Below, in pieces: positions 1-16,006 of a DNA stretch of 64,000 bases. The notes beneath the pieces were generated by a model. That model was not told the DNA's origin, did no database searches, and saw nothing but the letters and a program-made list of their open reading frames with translations. Position 1 is the first letter of the stretch; the number at the start of each line of letters is the position of its first letter. Source of the DNA: the human T2T-CHM13v2.0 reference genome, Homo sapiens. The translations under genes were made by a program, and so were the position numbers. The DNA lies in NCBI RefSeq assembly GCF_009914755.1, contig NC_060925.1; one strand, 5' to 3'.

Positions 1-152
<152 letters not shown>

Positions 153-1090
153 TGAATGGTGATGATAACAACCATCCACAGCCTAGGAAAAAAGTCATAA
201 TTTAAGTATTCTAGCCTAGAAATACAAGCTGTCAAACTATTGGGCAAGATAAGAGGCTTACAGTTGCTGATGCAATTATTATATAAAAAGAATATGCAGC
301 AGTCAGAGAAAATCTTTAGCCAAGTGAATAGATAATACAACTATACTGCACACACATTCTAGAAGAGAAGAATATGGAGAAGAACCAGAGATCATACTTT
401 GTATATGTAAAATCAAGTAGATCGTAGGCTTAGAGGTTTCATTTATATCAGCAACTAATTTACGTGTGTCTGTATTATTCAATGTAGGATCATTATAGAT
501 ATGAGGTATTTTAACACTGCAGATGATTTTTCAGTATGGTCTGAGGTGGTATAGTCATACATGCACTTGATCTTGCTTCTTTTCTCATAGCTAAAATAAA
601 CTCTAGGGTTGGGCATTAAAAACTATGGTTTTAAGCATTTAAACAGTAAGAAGTTTCTATTCTATTTAGAAATAAATTTTACAAAATAACAATGTAACTG
701 GTATGGTTATTCATTATTAACTAAGAACAAAGCCAATTTTATGTGTGTACCTGAGTAAATTTGTAAAGCAAACTCCTTAGCAAAATATTGTCAAGCTCCC
801 TATATTCAAACTAAGTCAAAATACTAAAAGTCTCTGTATTTTGGAGACCAACTTAAATACGTTCATTTTCACAACCAGTTCCCAAAAACTTGTCATAATT
901 AAGGATTGAAAATGATTGCTACTATGTGAACATATCTAATTACTGGGAATTTACTCTGATCAGCTTTGGTTCTTAAGTTGCTATGTCTCTAGATTTAGTA
1001 ATTTTGCATTAATTCACTGTACTGCAATGAATGGGTTTGTGATGATTCAGGTACAAGATTGAGAGAGTGGATAGGTATTCAGAATTTATG

Positions 1091-1396
1091 TTTTTTTGTT
1101 TGTTTGTTTGTTTGTTTGAGACAGAGTCTCGCTCTGTCGCTCAGGTTGGAGTGCAGTGGTGCAATCTTGGCTCACTGCACCTCCGCCTCCCAGATTCCAG
1201 AGATTCTCCTGCCTCAGCCTCCTGAGTAGCTGGGATTACAGGTGCGTGCCACCACGCCTCGCTAATTTTCGAATTTTTAGTAGAGACAGGGTTTCACCAT
1301 GTTGGCCAGGCTAGTCTCAAACTCCTGACCTTGTGATCCGCCCACTTCAGCCTCCCAAGGTGTTGGGATTACAGGCGTGAGGCACCGTGTCCAGCC
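1091..1396 (-). mobile_element. AluS
   Basis: Alu consensus with (TTTG)n tail. Confidence 0.95.
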
Positions 1397-1970
1397 TAGA
1401 ATATATGTTTTAAATCTGCCTTTAAGTAACATATAATATAGTTTTAAAAAACACGGGTTACAATTATTACGGACTAAACATTCATTATGCTGATGCGTGA
1501 ATTTCAAGACTGAAAAACCACTAGTAAATTATTTCAAAGCTTTACAAAAGACAGTGAATTTTACTCTGTGTCATCTCACAATGCAACTTACTTTTTCTTC
1601 TTAGAACCATAATAAATACAAATAACCATACTCAAAGATCTAGCACATCCTTATTCATATGTTTTATAGCGCAATAACCGGGAAGGAAAGTACTGGCTTT
1701 TAAGTAATCCTACAAAACAATTTCAGTTGATAAAACACCTGCCTACTTATTGGCAAAACTACCAGTTCTTATGAAGGGTATTTTAATGCTCAGCTGCTCT
1801 ATTGAGGTGTGAATGCAGCTAAGTTTGCACTTGTTAGTCTATAAGATGGTCCAAGCATCTACAAATTGCCTTGAAAATACGAATGATATCTTCTGGATCA
1901 AATGAAAACTTTACATTTTGTGAAAATGAGGATCAAAAGACTGTCAGTAAAATTTATTAGAAAGGTTTTG

Positions 1971-2277
1971 GGCCAGGCGCGGTGGTTCATGCCTGTAATC
2001 TCAGCATTTTGGGAGGCTGAGGCTGGAGGACTGTCTGAGCCCAGGAGTTCGAGACCAGCCTGGGCAACACGGGGAGACCCTGTCTCTACAAAAAACAAAA
2101 AAAATCAGCTGGGCATGGTGGTATGCACCTGTGGTCCCAGCTACTCAGGAGGCTGAGGTAGGAGGATTGCTTGAGCCCAGGAGGTTGAGACTACAGTGAG
2201 CCATGATCACACCACTGCACTCCAGTCTGGGCCACAAAGCGCGAGACTCTGCCTCCAGGAAAAAAAAAAAAAAAAAA
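1971..2277 (+). mobile_element. AluJ
   Basis: Alu consensus with polyA. Confidence 0.95.
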
Positions 2278-2341
2278 CGAAAACGGATCCCAAACTCCTA
2301 AGCAACACATATGGTTATTGTCTTTAAAAATTAATGCATGT

Positions 2342-2592
2342 GGCCGGGTGTGGTGGCTCATGCCTGTAATCCCAGCACTTTGGGAGATAGAGGCAGGTGG
2401 ATCACCTGAGATCAGAAGTTCAAGACCAGCCTGACCAACCTGGAGAAACCCTGTGTCTGCTAAAACTACAAACTTAGCAGGCATGGTGGTGCATGCCTAT
2501 AACCAGCTACTCAGGAGGCTGAGGCAGGAGAATTGCTTGAACCTAGGAGATGGAGATTGCAGTGAGCTGAGACTGCGCTATTGCACTCCAGC
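2342..2592 (+). mobile_element. AluS cut by LTR12; 3' end absent
   Basis: Stops at cactccagc. Confidence 0.95.
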
Positions 2593-4492
2593 TGTGTCCG
2601 GAATTGATGGGTTCTTGGTCTCACTGACTTTAAGAATGAAGCCGCAGACCCTCGCGATGAGTGTTAAAGATGGTGTGTCCGGAGTTTGTTCCTTCTGATG
2701 TTCAAACATGTTCGGAGTTTCTTTTTTCTGATGGGTTCATGGTCTCACAGGCTTCAAGAGTGAAGCTGCAGACCTTCACAGTGAGTGTGACAGCTCTTAA
2801 GGCAGCGCGTCCGGAGTTGTTCATTCCTCCTGTTGGAGTCGGGGTCTCGCTAACCTCAGGAGAGAAGCAGCAGATCTTCGTGGTGAGTGTTACAGCTCAT
2901 AAAGGCACTGTGGAGCCAAAGAGTGTGCAGCAGCAAGATTTATTGCAAACAGCAAAAGAACAAAGCATCCACAAGGTGGAATGGAATGCCAGTGGGCTGC
3001 CACTGCTGGCTCTGGCAGCCTGCTTTTATTCCCTTATCTGGCCCCACCCACATCCTGCTGATTGGTCCATTTTATAGAGAGCTGATTGGTCTGTTTTACA
3101 GAGAGCTGATTGGTCCATTTTGACAGGGTCTGTTTTGATTGGTCTGTTTTACAGAGAGCTGATTGATGCATTTACAATCCCTGAGCTAGACACAAAAGTT
3201 CTCCAAGTTCCCACTAGATTAGCTAGACACAGAGCACTGATTGGTGCGTTTACAAACCTTGAGCTAGACACAGGGTGCTGACTGGTGTGTTTACAAACCT
3301 TGAGCTAGACACAGAGTGCTGATTGGTGTATTTACAATTCCTTAGCTAGACATAAAGGTTCTCCAAGTCCCCACCAGATTAGCTAGACACAGAGCACTGA
3401 TTGGTGCATTTACAAACCTTGAGCTAGACACAGGGTGCTGATTGGTGTGTTTACAAACCTTGAGCTAGACACAGAGTGCTGATTGGTGTATTTACAATCC
3501 CTTAGCTAGACATAAAGGTTCTCCAAGTCCCCACCAGATTAGCTAGACACAGAGCACTGATTGGTGCGTTTACAAACCTTGAGCTAGATACAGGGTGCTG
3601 ATTGGTGTGTTTACATACCTTGAGCTAGACTCAGAGTGCTGATTGGTGTGTTTACAAACCTTGAGCTAGACTCAGAGTGCTGAGTGGTGTATTTACAATC
3701 CCTTAGCTGGACATAAAGGTTCTCCAAGTCCCCACCAGATTAGCTAGATACAGAGTGCTGATTGGTGCATTTACAAACCTTAAGCTAGACACAGAGTGCT
3801 GATTGGTGTATTTGCAATCCTTTAGCTAGACATAAAGGTTCTCCAAGTCCCCACTAGATTAGCTAGACACAAAGCACTGTTTGGTGCATTTACAAACCTT
3901 AAGCTAGACACAGGGTGCTGATTGGTGTGTATACAGCCCTCCAGCTAGACATAAAAGTTCTCCAAGTCCCCACTAGACTCAGGAGCCCAACTGGCTTCAC
4001 CTAGTGGATCCGCCCGCCAGTCCCGTGCCCTGTGCCCGCACTCCTTAGCCCCTGGGTGGTGGATGGGACCAGGCACAGCAGAGCAGACGGTGGCGCTCAT
4101 CGGGGATGCTCCGGCCGTGCAGGAGCCCACTGCGTGGGGGGAGGCTCGGGCATGGCGGGCTGCAGGTCCCCAGCCCTGCCCCGCGGGGAGGCAGCTGAGG
4201 CCCAGCGAGAATTCGAGCTCAGCGCTGGCGGGTCAGCACTGCTGGGGGACCTCCGCAGCTGCTGGCCTGGGTGCTAAGCCCCGCACTGCCTGGGGCCAGC
4301 GGCGCCCAGCCGGCCGCTTGGAGTGTGGGGCCCGCAGAGCCCACGCCCACCCGGAACGCGCTGGCCTGCCAGCGCGGCACGCAGCCCCGGTTCCCGCCCG
4401 CGCCTCTCTGTCCACACCTCCCCACAAGCCGAGGAAGCCGGCTCCAGCCTAGGCCAGCCCAGAGAGGGGTTCCCACAGTGCAGCGGTGGGCT
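2593..4492 (-). mobile_element. LTR12 (ERV9, LTR12C-like) solo LTR, about 100 nt of 5' end missing
   Basis: 3' terminus tgtgtccggaattg at 2593; tandem 41-nt CCAAT-containing units; GC/CpG-rich U3 at 4010-4490. Confidence 0.95.
3050..3975 (-). promoter_or_regulatory. LTR12 U3 enhancer array of NF-Y CCAAT boxes
   Basis: About 15 intact gattgg (CCAATC on -) in 41-nt units; AATAAA TATA-like box at 3025-3030 on -. Confidence 0.75.
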
Positions 4493-4759
4493 CACTCTGT
4501 CACCCAGGCTGGAGTGCAGTGGTACGATCTCGGCTCACTGCAACCTCTGCCTCCTGGGTTCAAGCGATTCTCCTGCCTCAACCTCCTGAGTAGCTGAGAT
4601 TACAGGCCCGTGCCACCACACCTGGCTAATTTTTGTATTTTTAGTAGAGATGGGGTTTCAACATGTTGGCCAGGCTGGTCTCTCCTGACCTCAGGGTGAT
4701 CAGCCCACCTTGGCCTCCCAAAGTGCTGGGATTACAGGCATGAGCCACCTTGCGCAGCC
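4491..4759 (-). mobile_element. AluS lacking its tail
   Basis: Begins ctcactctgtc directly after the LTR12. Confidence 0.95.
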
Positions 4760-5426
4760 CAAATCATACAGTTTGAAATGAAACTTTGCTACAACCAGCT
4801 TTTGCTGTAGCACACACATACACCACTGAACCTGTTTGAAATACAGTTTTTTTCTTTTTCATGATTCATCTTTGAGTAGCTCCAGGCTGAAGGACTGAGG
4901 TACCAGTAAAAACTTAAAGGCACAAATTCTCCTTGAAGACCGTCTCCCTTTTCTTTGTCCTCATATTTTATGTTGCTTTATCTTTGAAATTTTTCATGAA
5001 AAGGAAATTAGTGGGTTCAAATGAAATTGTCCTTTAGAGCATGAGTACTTGTTCCCATGGACAAATCTTTTTCTCCCCTTGCTCTTCCTGGCCTGAAACA
5101 CAGGAAACCAGAGTCAGAAGTTATCTCCCTCTCCCTGTGATGCCTTGAGATTTTTTCTGCATTGTTTTATGCCTGAAATCCAATAGTCTTCCTCCATTAG
5201 AAAATACTGTTATACCAAATAATTCTAGATGAATAACAAAGATCTTTGTAGGCCTTCATTTTATGTTTTTTTCTTAACTGTTTTATTATCATGACACAGA
5301 TTGTAATATTACGAATTTTTGGACGTTTCAAAAGGTCAAGAAGTAAAAGATGTTGGAAAGCAATGAGTGAGTCCTTTTGATTTTTAACTTATTCCCCATG
5401 TCCCTATACTTACTTCCTGTGCTTTA

Positions 5427-5428
<2 letters not shown>

Positions 5429-5470
<42 letters not shown>

Positions 5471-5750
5471 AGATGGAGGCTCGCTCTGTCACCTAGGCTA
5501 GAGTAAAGTGGCACGATCTGGGCTCACTGCAACCTCTGCCTCCTTGGTTCAAGCGATTCTCCTGCCTCAGCCTCCCGAGTAGCTGAGATTACAGGCACGT
5601 GCCACCACACCCAGCTAATACTTATATTTTTAATAGAGATGGGGTTTCACCATGTTGGCCAGGCTGGTCTCAAACTCCTGACCTCAGGTGATCTGCCCGC
5701 CTTGGCCTCCCAAAGTGCTGGGATTACAGGCGTGAGCCACTGTGCCCGGC
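5429..5750 (-). mobile_element. AluS with about 41-T tail
   Basis: Alu consensus match. Confidence 0.95.
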
Positions 5751-6543
5751 TTATTTTTCTTTATGTTTTTGCTTCATAAGAGGTTCTGTTAAGCAGTGAT
5801 TCCCACCTCTCGCTGACATTAGAGTTGCTGGGGAAGCTTTAACAAAAAAATGCCCCAGAGAGATTCTGATTTGATTGGCTTGGAGTAGAATTCAGGCACT
5901 GATATCTTTAAAAACTCTCCCCAGTGTTGAGAAACAAATTTAGAGAGTTGAGAAGTAGTATGTTAAATTACAGAATCGTACTGAGTTTTCGTAGTCTGAT
6001 AATACAATTTGCTTTGCTTTTCTTAAATTTGCATTGAGATGGGATTTGAAGCATATTGTGCTCTTTTGAATGTTGAAGTTGCATTGTAGAAGTTTAGAAG
6101 CTCTGGCTATGGGTTATCTAAGTTGATGTTTTGAGGAGGCATATTAATGTTATATACTTGGCTGACTTTTAAGGTTGTGTTGTAGCATGAGGAACACAAA
6201 TAAAACAATTCTAAATAAAAAAAAATTTGAAGTGCCTGTGGAACATCCAATTAAAGAAGTCTAGATGGTAGGTAGTAGATATCAAGGTCTGAGAGAGATC
6301 CCGGGTAAAGGTACAAATTTATGAGTTGTCACCATAGATTGGTCATTAAAGCCATGGACTTGGTTGATACGTAAGAAGAGAAGAAAAAGAAACAGAGAAG
6401 AACCTTGAGGAACACAAATATTTAAGAAATGGGCATAAAAAGAGGAGATTATATTGCAGAAAGGCAACATGGTATATAGACCAACTAGGAGGAGAGGTGA
6501 GAGATCACAGTGGCTCAGAAAAAAGTGGTGGCAGCAGAGATAC

Positions 6544-7144
<601 letters not shown>

Positions 7145-7653
7145 AAAGAGATATTTAGATTTAGTGATGGAGCAGATGTGAGGGAGGAGGGAGAAAAAGA
7201 AATCAAGGATGACTCATATTTTTCTGACTTAAACATTTTGGTGGTTGGAGGTATGATTTCCTGAACTCAATTTCCTGATCATTTCCTAAACATGAAAGAA
7301 AAGCAGGAGATAAAGTTGGAATTTAGCATGTTAATTTAGATGCCTTTGAGACATCCAAGTAGGTGTTTGTTTCATTGGGTAGATATTTATTGATTACCTA
7401 TTCTAAGTCAGGCACTGTGTTTCAAACTGGATATTCATCTGGCACGTACTTGGGTCTGTAACTGTCTGGCTTGAGGTCTCAGCTGCAAGTGTACATTTGA
7501 GTTGTCAGCATTCAAATGGCATTTGAAGCTATACGAATAGATGACATCACATAGGAGGAGTAAGTAGAGTAAGAAGAGGGCTTAGGTTCCAACCTGGGGA
7601 ACCCCAACATTGATGAGTAAAGGAGATTGAGAGTGATCAGAGAGGTAAGAGAA

Positions 7654-7695
7654 AAACCAGGTTACTATGAGAGGAAACCAGGTTACTATGAGAGG
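7654..7695. repeat. Perfect 21-bp tandem duplication
   Basis: aaaccaggttactatgagagg twice. Confidence 0.95.
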
Positions 7696-7971
7696 AAAGA
7701 GTTTTGAGGAAGACTGTGTAGTCAACAGGGCCAAATAATGTCAAGAAATCAAGTATAAAAAGGATTGAAAACTTTCCATTGGATTTAGTGGCAAGGAAGT
7801 CATTAGTTATCTTAATGAAGATGAATTTCTGAAATTGGAATTGCTGGGTCAAAAGATGTTTAATAAATATTGCCAAATTGCTCCCCCAAAAAAGTTTATA
7901 ACAATTGATACTCCTTCCAACGGCATATGAGGGTATCTGTTTCCTCATACCCTCACTAATGAATATTATAA

Positions 7972-8352
<381 letters not shown>

Positions 8353-8699
8353 TGATGATTTGTGAGGCAGCATATGTTTTTGTCTGTTTATTGGACATTT
8401 GTTTTTCTTCTAGGAATTATCAGGTCATTGTCCATTCGTCCATTTTTTAACCAGAGCATTTTATCTTTTTCTGACTGATGTTTAAGAGCTCTTCAGATTA
8501 TTAAGGTTAGTGAGCCTCTGCATATGACACATGTATCTTTCTACATTTTTTAAATTGTTCTTTTAATTATTCTTATGGCTTGAGGCGAACTCTGAGGTTA
8601 TCTACCGCCCCCAGTGTTGCCAGGTGGACCCTGTGTACCACATGCATTGCTGTAGATGCTTGCTCACCGAAGAGGAATTCCTGTTCATTGGTGTTTTAG

Positions 8700-8825
8700 G
8701 AACCTGTTACATTCAAGGATGTGGCCATGGACTTCACCAAAGAGGAATGGGGGCAACTAGACTATGCACAAAGGGCCTTTACAGAGAAGTGATGCTGGAG
8801 ATCTATGGCAACCTGGTCATAGTGG
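8700..8825 (+). pseudogene. KRAB-A box exon of a dead KRAB zinc-finger gene (1-bp deletion frameshift)
   Basis: Acceptor ttttag at 8694-8699 and donor gtgag at 8826. Translates EPVTFKDVAMDFTKEEWGQLDYAQRA, then after a 1-nt shift LYREVMLEIYGNLVIV(G). Length is 126 nt versus the canonical 127-nt KRAB-A exon. Confidence 0.95.
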
Positions 8826-8988
8826 GTGAGGACAACTACTCTTTGGAGAATTCTGTTTTCCTTGGTTGTAAAAAGCTGTGGACTCTTAAGTGTTTAACAA
8901 AGCTAGGGCTTGAGATTCAAATATCAGAATTTCCAAATCTTGACTGAAGAAATAAAATGCTTCTATCTAAGTAAAAACTCAAGTTTCA

Positions 8989-9261
8989 GGGCCAGATGTG
9001 GTGGCTCACTCCTGTAATCCCAGCACCTTAGGAGGCCAGGGCAGGAGGATTTCTTGAGCCTAGGAGCCTAGACCCTGTCTCTACAAAAAAATTAAAAATT
9101 AGCTGGGTGTGTTGGCACATACCTGTAGTCTCAGCTACTTGGGAGGCTGTGGTGGGAGGATTGCTTGAGCCCAGGAGTTTGAGGTTTCAGTAAGCTATAA
9201 TTATGCCACTGCACTGGACCTGGGTGACAGAGCAAGACCCCCACCACCCCCTGAAAAAAAA
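8989..9261 (+). mobile_element. AluJ
   Basis: Alu consensus with internal deletion. Confidence 0.9.
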
Positions 9262-9287
9262 CCCTCCAAGTTTCTACATCCCTATTT

Positions 9288-9366
9288 GTTTTCTTTTCTT
9301 CTTTCTTTTTCTTTCCTTCCTTCCTTTCTTTCTCTCTTTCTTCTTTCTGTTCTTTCTTCCTTCTTT
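9288..9366. repeat. (CTTT)/(CCTT) low-complexity tract
   Basis: Seen directly. Confidence 0.85.
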
Positions 9367-9974
9367 CCTGAAATAAATATCCTTGTACTTATATTTTTGA
9401 GTATTTGTTCCAGTATTTCTATAGGATAAATCTCTGGAAGAGGAATTGATGGATCAGAGATTTATATATCTACTATAAATTTGCCCCCTGAGAAGTTTGA
9501 ATTAATTTCTATTCTTGTCATGGGAATCCCCGTTCTCCACACTCTCACAACTCCTAATCTTTTTATTCTTCACCTACCTGAAGAGTGGGGAAAATACTAT
9601 CTCACTGTCTTTTGATTTGCCCCCTTTCTCTCCCAACTTGTTCTCCCTCTATCTTCTCTTTCTCACAATAAAGTGGAAACTGCATCCTTCAAGTTGCCTA
9701 GGCCAAAAACCTTGGAGCCACCCCATTTTTCTTTCTCTCTCACCACCAGATCAATCCGTCAGCAAATCTGTCAGCTCTACTATCAAAGTACATTCAGAAT
9801 CCAACCACTCCTCACCACTTCCACTGTTGTTACCCTAATTAACCCACTGTGCCTCTCTGTCTCCCCCTCCCTTTCTCTCATTTTGAAGAGCCTCCTACTC
9901 TCCACATCCCAGCCTGTTTTACATGTGGCAGTCACTGCGATTGTGTAAAACACTCAGTCAAGTCAAAACCTTCT

Positions 9975-10384
9975 CAAATCAATGTTCTTCAGTTAGCGAA
10001 TACACAAACTGGAGTATATCCATGCTTTGGAATTCTACACAGCATAAAAAGAATGAACTATTGATTCACACAACAATTTGGATAGATTTGAAGGGAATTA
10101 TGCTAAGTAAAGAAAGGTAATCTCAAAAAGTTACATACTGTGTGATTTAATTTCTATAACATTCCTGAAATGACAAAATTATCAAGATGCAGAACAGATT
10201 ATTGGTTGCCAGGGACTGGAGAGAGGAAGTGGGAAGTGAGATGGGTCTGGCTGTAAAAAGGGTAGCACAAAGAATCCTTACGATAGAATAGTTCCTTATT
10301 TTGTTACACAATTCTACACAGGTAATAAAATTGCACAGAACTAAATACACACACAAATTAGTGCATATAAAACTGGCGACATTT
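9975..10384 (+). mobile_element. L1MC 3' fragment
   Basis: aaaagttacatactgtgtgatt..ggttgccaggg. Confidence 0.7.
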
Positions 10385-10860
10385 ACAAAGACATATGCAC
10401 ACATATGTTTATTGCGGCACTATTCACAATAGCAAAGACTTGGAACCAACCCAAATGTCCAACAATGATAGACTGGATTAAGAAAATGTGGCACATATAC
10501 ACCATGGAATACTATGCAGCCATAAAAAATGATGAGTTCATATCCTTTGTAGGGACATGGATGAAGCTGGAAACCATCATTCTCAGCAGACTATCGCAAG
10601 GACAAAAAACCAAACACCGCATGTTCTCACTCATAGGTGGGAATTGAACAATGAGAACACATGGACACCAGAAGGGGAACATCACACACCGGGGCCTGTT
10701 GTGGGGTGGGGAGAGGGGGGAGAGATAGCATTAGGAGATATACCTAATGTTACACGACGAGTTAATGTGTGCAGCACACCAACATGGCACATGTATACGT
10801 ATGTAACTAACCTGCACGTTGTGCACATGTACCCTAAAACTTAAAGTATAAAAAAAAAAA
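10385..10860 (+). mobile_element. Short 5'-truncated L1PA 3' end
   Basis: L1PA ORF2 end and 3'UTR with polyA; perfect 16-bp TSD aaaactggcgacattt (10369-10384 and 10860-10875). Confidence 0.95.
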
Positions 10861-11011
10861 AAACTGGCGACATTTGAATGAGGTCTGAATTGGTAACATC
10901 ATCTTACATGTAAACCAAATTATAAAAATTAGATTTGAAAATATATTTATTCTACAGAAATTTTAGAAAATACAGATGCTTAAAAATAAAATGTAGGATG
11001 GAATTTCACTA

Positions 11012-12118
<1,107 letters not shown>

Positions 12119-12299
12119 TAAAGAGGTTTAGCAAAATCCTCAGAGGCAGAAAAATGTCCTGCCATTTCACTAAATGTATCTAAGCATGAGTTTTTTATGT
12201 TTTTCCTAATCAGGACACATTATGCTTCTTTCTTGGTGCTATTTTCTATTTTATTAATTTTTAAAATCTTTACTAAATCCTTCTACTTATTTTAGGGTG

Positions 12300-12626
12300 T
12301 TTTTGTTTGTTTTGGGGTGTTTTTGTTTGTTTAGTTTTTAGAGAGACAGGCTCTTTCCCTGTCACCTAGGCAGGAGTGCAGTGGCATGATCATAGCTCAC
12401 TGTAACCTTGAACTACTGAGCTCAAGGGATCCTCCCATCTCAGCCTACAAAGTAGCTAGGACTACAGGCGCACACCACCACTCCTGGCTAATTTTTAAAT
12501 TTTTTTGTTGGAGATAGGGTCTTGCTATGTTGCCTAGGCTGGTCTTGATCTCCTGGCCTCAAGTGATCCTCACATCTTGGCCTCCTGGACCTCTGGGATT
12601 ACAGATGTGAGTCACTGCACCTGGCC
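12300..12626 (-). mobile_element. AluJ
   Basis: Alu consensus match. Confidence 0.9.
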
Positions 12627-13699
12627 TTCTTCTATAAACTTCTTTTAAGTTTATAATTATTTTTCTAGTTTCTTGAGTTAGAGCTTATTTATTCTTATTT
12701 TCTAATAAATGCATTTCACTGAATTAAATTTTCCCTGAATACTTTGGCAGCATCCTGTCCAGAACACAGTTTGGCAACATATATCAAAAGCCTTTAAAAT
12801 GTTTCTGCCATTTGACTTAGAAATTTTACATCTAAGAACTACATTAAGGAAATAATCAGATGAATGATGTATAAAAGGTATATATTACCATGTTATTTTT
12901 AGTATTTTTTAAAAAAGGAAAAATTTTACATTACAATAACAGAAATGTTTTTCTGTAAATTATAATATTTATATATGATTCATTATTCTCTAGCAAGAAA
13001 AATTATATTTTTGGATTATTTTTAATGACAGGTAAATGTACATAAGTTATAGCAGGATGTTAAAGATACATACATATAAGAAAAACCTGGAAAGACACTA
13101 ATATATTAATAGTATCAATGAGTGGTTTTTATTTTCTATTTTATGCTTTTCAGGATTTTGCAAGCCATCTCGAATGTTTCCCAATACTATTGCTTGGCAA
13201 ATAGCAAAAGTAAGCAAAAGTAAGTGTAACTGGTTTATTGTAGAGTGTCAGCTCAATGGCGCATATAAGATTATGAAATGGTTTTTTTTTCCAATCACTG
13301 CTTTCAACCATATTCTATTGAATTCCTCAAATAAATTAATGTATGAATAAATATTGAATGGGAAAGAAAAACCTAGAGGGAGGGCTTTAAAAAAGAGAGG
13401 TTTTCCCCTTTACCAGCTCCCAGAGGAAGAATACAAATGGAGTAAAATATTACAAACTGTTGAAAATATTTGCAATTCATATTACAGACAAAGGGATCCA
13501 TTGCCTTATTTATCAAGAGCTCTTAGAAATCAAGAAGAAAAAGCATGGAAAATATGAAGAGACTTGTCAGAGAGAAATACAAATGATCCTTAAATTTTTG
13601 GAAAGGTGTTCTACCTTTCTCATTATATGAGAAATGAAAATCAAAACCATACTGAGACACCATTTCCTACCTATCAGGTTAGCAAAAAATTGAAAAGGT

Positions 13700-13997
<298 letters not shown>

Positions 13998-14679
13998 GAA
14001 ATTGAAAAGTTTTAAAACCCATTGTTAGTGAGGCTGTGGAAAAACAGGCATTCTCAGACTGCTGTGGGCAGGCACAAAATAGAATAATTCCTTTGGAGAG
14101 CAATTTGACAGCATCTACCAAAACTGTAGATACACTTGCCTTCCAAGACAAACACCCCATTTCTGGGAGTTTATCCCACAGATACACTTGCACATGTGCT
14201 TTGAAAACATTCGGCATTGTCTCCATTAGTAAAAAATGGAAAACAACACAAATGTATGTCAATAGAGGACTGGCTTAGTAAACTAGATATCCACATAGTG
14301 GAATAGCATGCAGCTCCAATGAAGAGTAAGCAAAATTTCCTCATTGAAATGGAAATATCTCCAAGATATGTTATTAAATGAAAAAATGCAAGATAAAGAA
14401 CAATGTATGTATGTATGTATATATAAATATATTAAATATGTACACAGAGTATTTTGTGTAAGGGAGAATGAGAATTATATCCATATTTGCTTATATTTGC
14501 ATAGTGTCACACTGGAAGCCTAAATAGGAACTAATAAAGTCATTTAATAATCAAAACTATATTTAAAAGTTGTCTGGGGAAGCAAGGGTAAGAGTGAGGC
14601 TTTCCTGTACTTCTTTTTCACTTTTAAATATAGTTTTGATTGTTGAATAACTGGAACACATTACCCATTTTTTAAATAT

Positions 14680-15167
<488 letters not shown>

Positions 15168-15229
15168 TAAATGAGAGCCAGTGGGTTTTCAGTATTTATT
15201 GATATTAAAATATTGTTTTTCCATATTAA

Positions 15230-15482
<253 letters not shown>

Positions 15483-15716
15483 TGCCTTATTAACTATTTA
15501 TGTGATTTTTTAAATAAAATACTTTATTTGTAAGTTTTACACCTATAGATTTGTCTGTTTTTGTTTTTTTTTTTTTCTTTTTTAAATTTGTGTGTGCTAT
15601 TTTAGTCAGGATTTGGTATTATGGTTATTTGGTCTCCAAAATGGAGTATAATCCACCTAAATAAACTAGAAAAAGAAAAGCAAAAATAAAGCAAGCAGAA
15701 TGAAAGAATAAAGTTT

Positions 15717-16006
15717 AGCCGGGTACAGTGGCTCACACCTCTAATCCCAGCACTTTGGGAGGCCGAGGTGGGCGGATCACCTGAGCTCAGGAGTTCGAGA
15801 CCACCCTGGGCAACATGGTGAAACCCTGTCCAAAAATTTGGCCGGGCGTGGTGGTGCGCGCCTGTAGTCCCAGCTACTCAGGAGGCTGAGGCACAAGAAT
15901 CGCTTGAGTCCCGGGAGCAGAGGTTGCAGTGAGCCAAGATCACGGCACTGCACTCCAACTTGGGCTAAAGAGTGAGACTCCGTCTCAAAAAATAAATAAA
16001 TAAAAA
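15717..16006 (+). mobile_element. Alu
   Basis: Alu consensus match. Confidence 0.93.

Larger units (their letters stand above)
4491..6225 (+). pseudogene. 5'-truncated retrocopy of an mRNA 3'UTR carrying two antisense Alus and a MER5-like piece; parent possibly SEPTIN14-family (recollection only)
   Basis: U-rich UTR-like sequence ending in AATAAA (6199-6204) and an A-tail (6213-6225) that abuts an unrelated L2 fragment. No 5' TSD. Confidence 0.65.

Noticed and set aside
250-480. Possible degenerate finger sequence (EKIFSQ)
   Set aside because: A single weak motif with no linker or C/H spacing.
3150-3975. Regularly spaced repeats resembling a CRISPR array
   Set aside because: The intervening sequence is also repeated, the context is eukaryotic, and this is the known LTR12 tandem enhancer.
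3945-4597. Cluster of GC-rich ORFs / CpG-island gene promoter
   Set aside because: Entirely LTR12 U3 sequence; the open frames reflect GC content.
8624-8947. 107-aa ORF containing LYREVMLEIYGNLV
   Set aside because: Non-ATG start; it runs through intron on both sides and only captures the post-frameshift half of the KRAB box.
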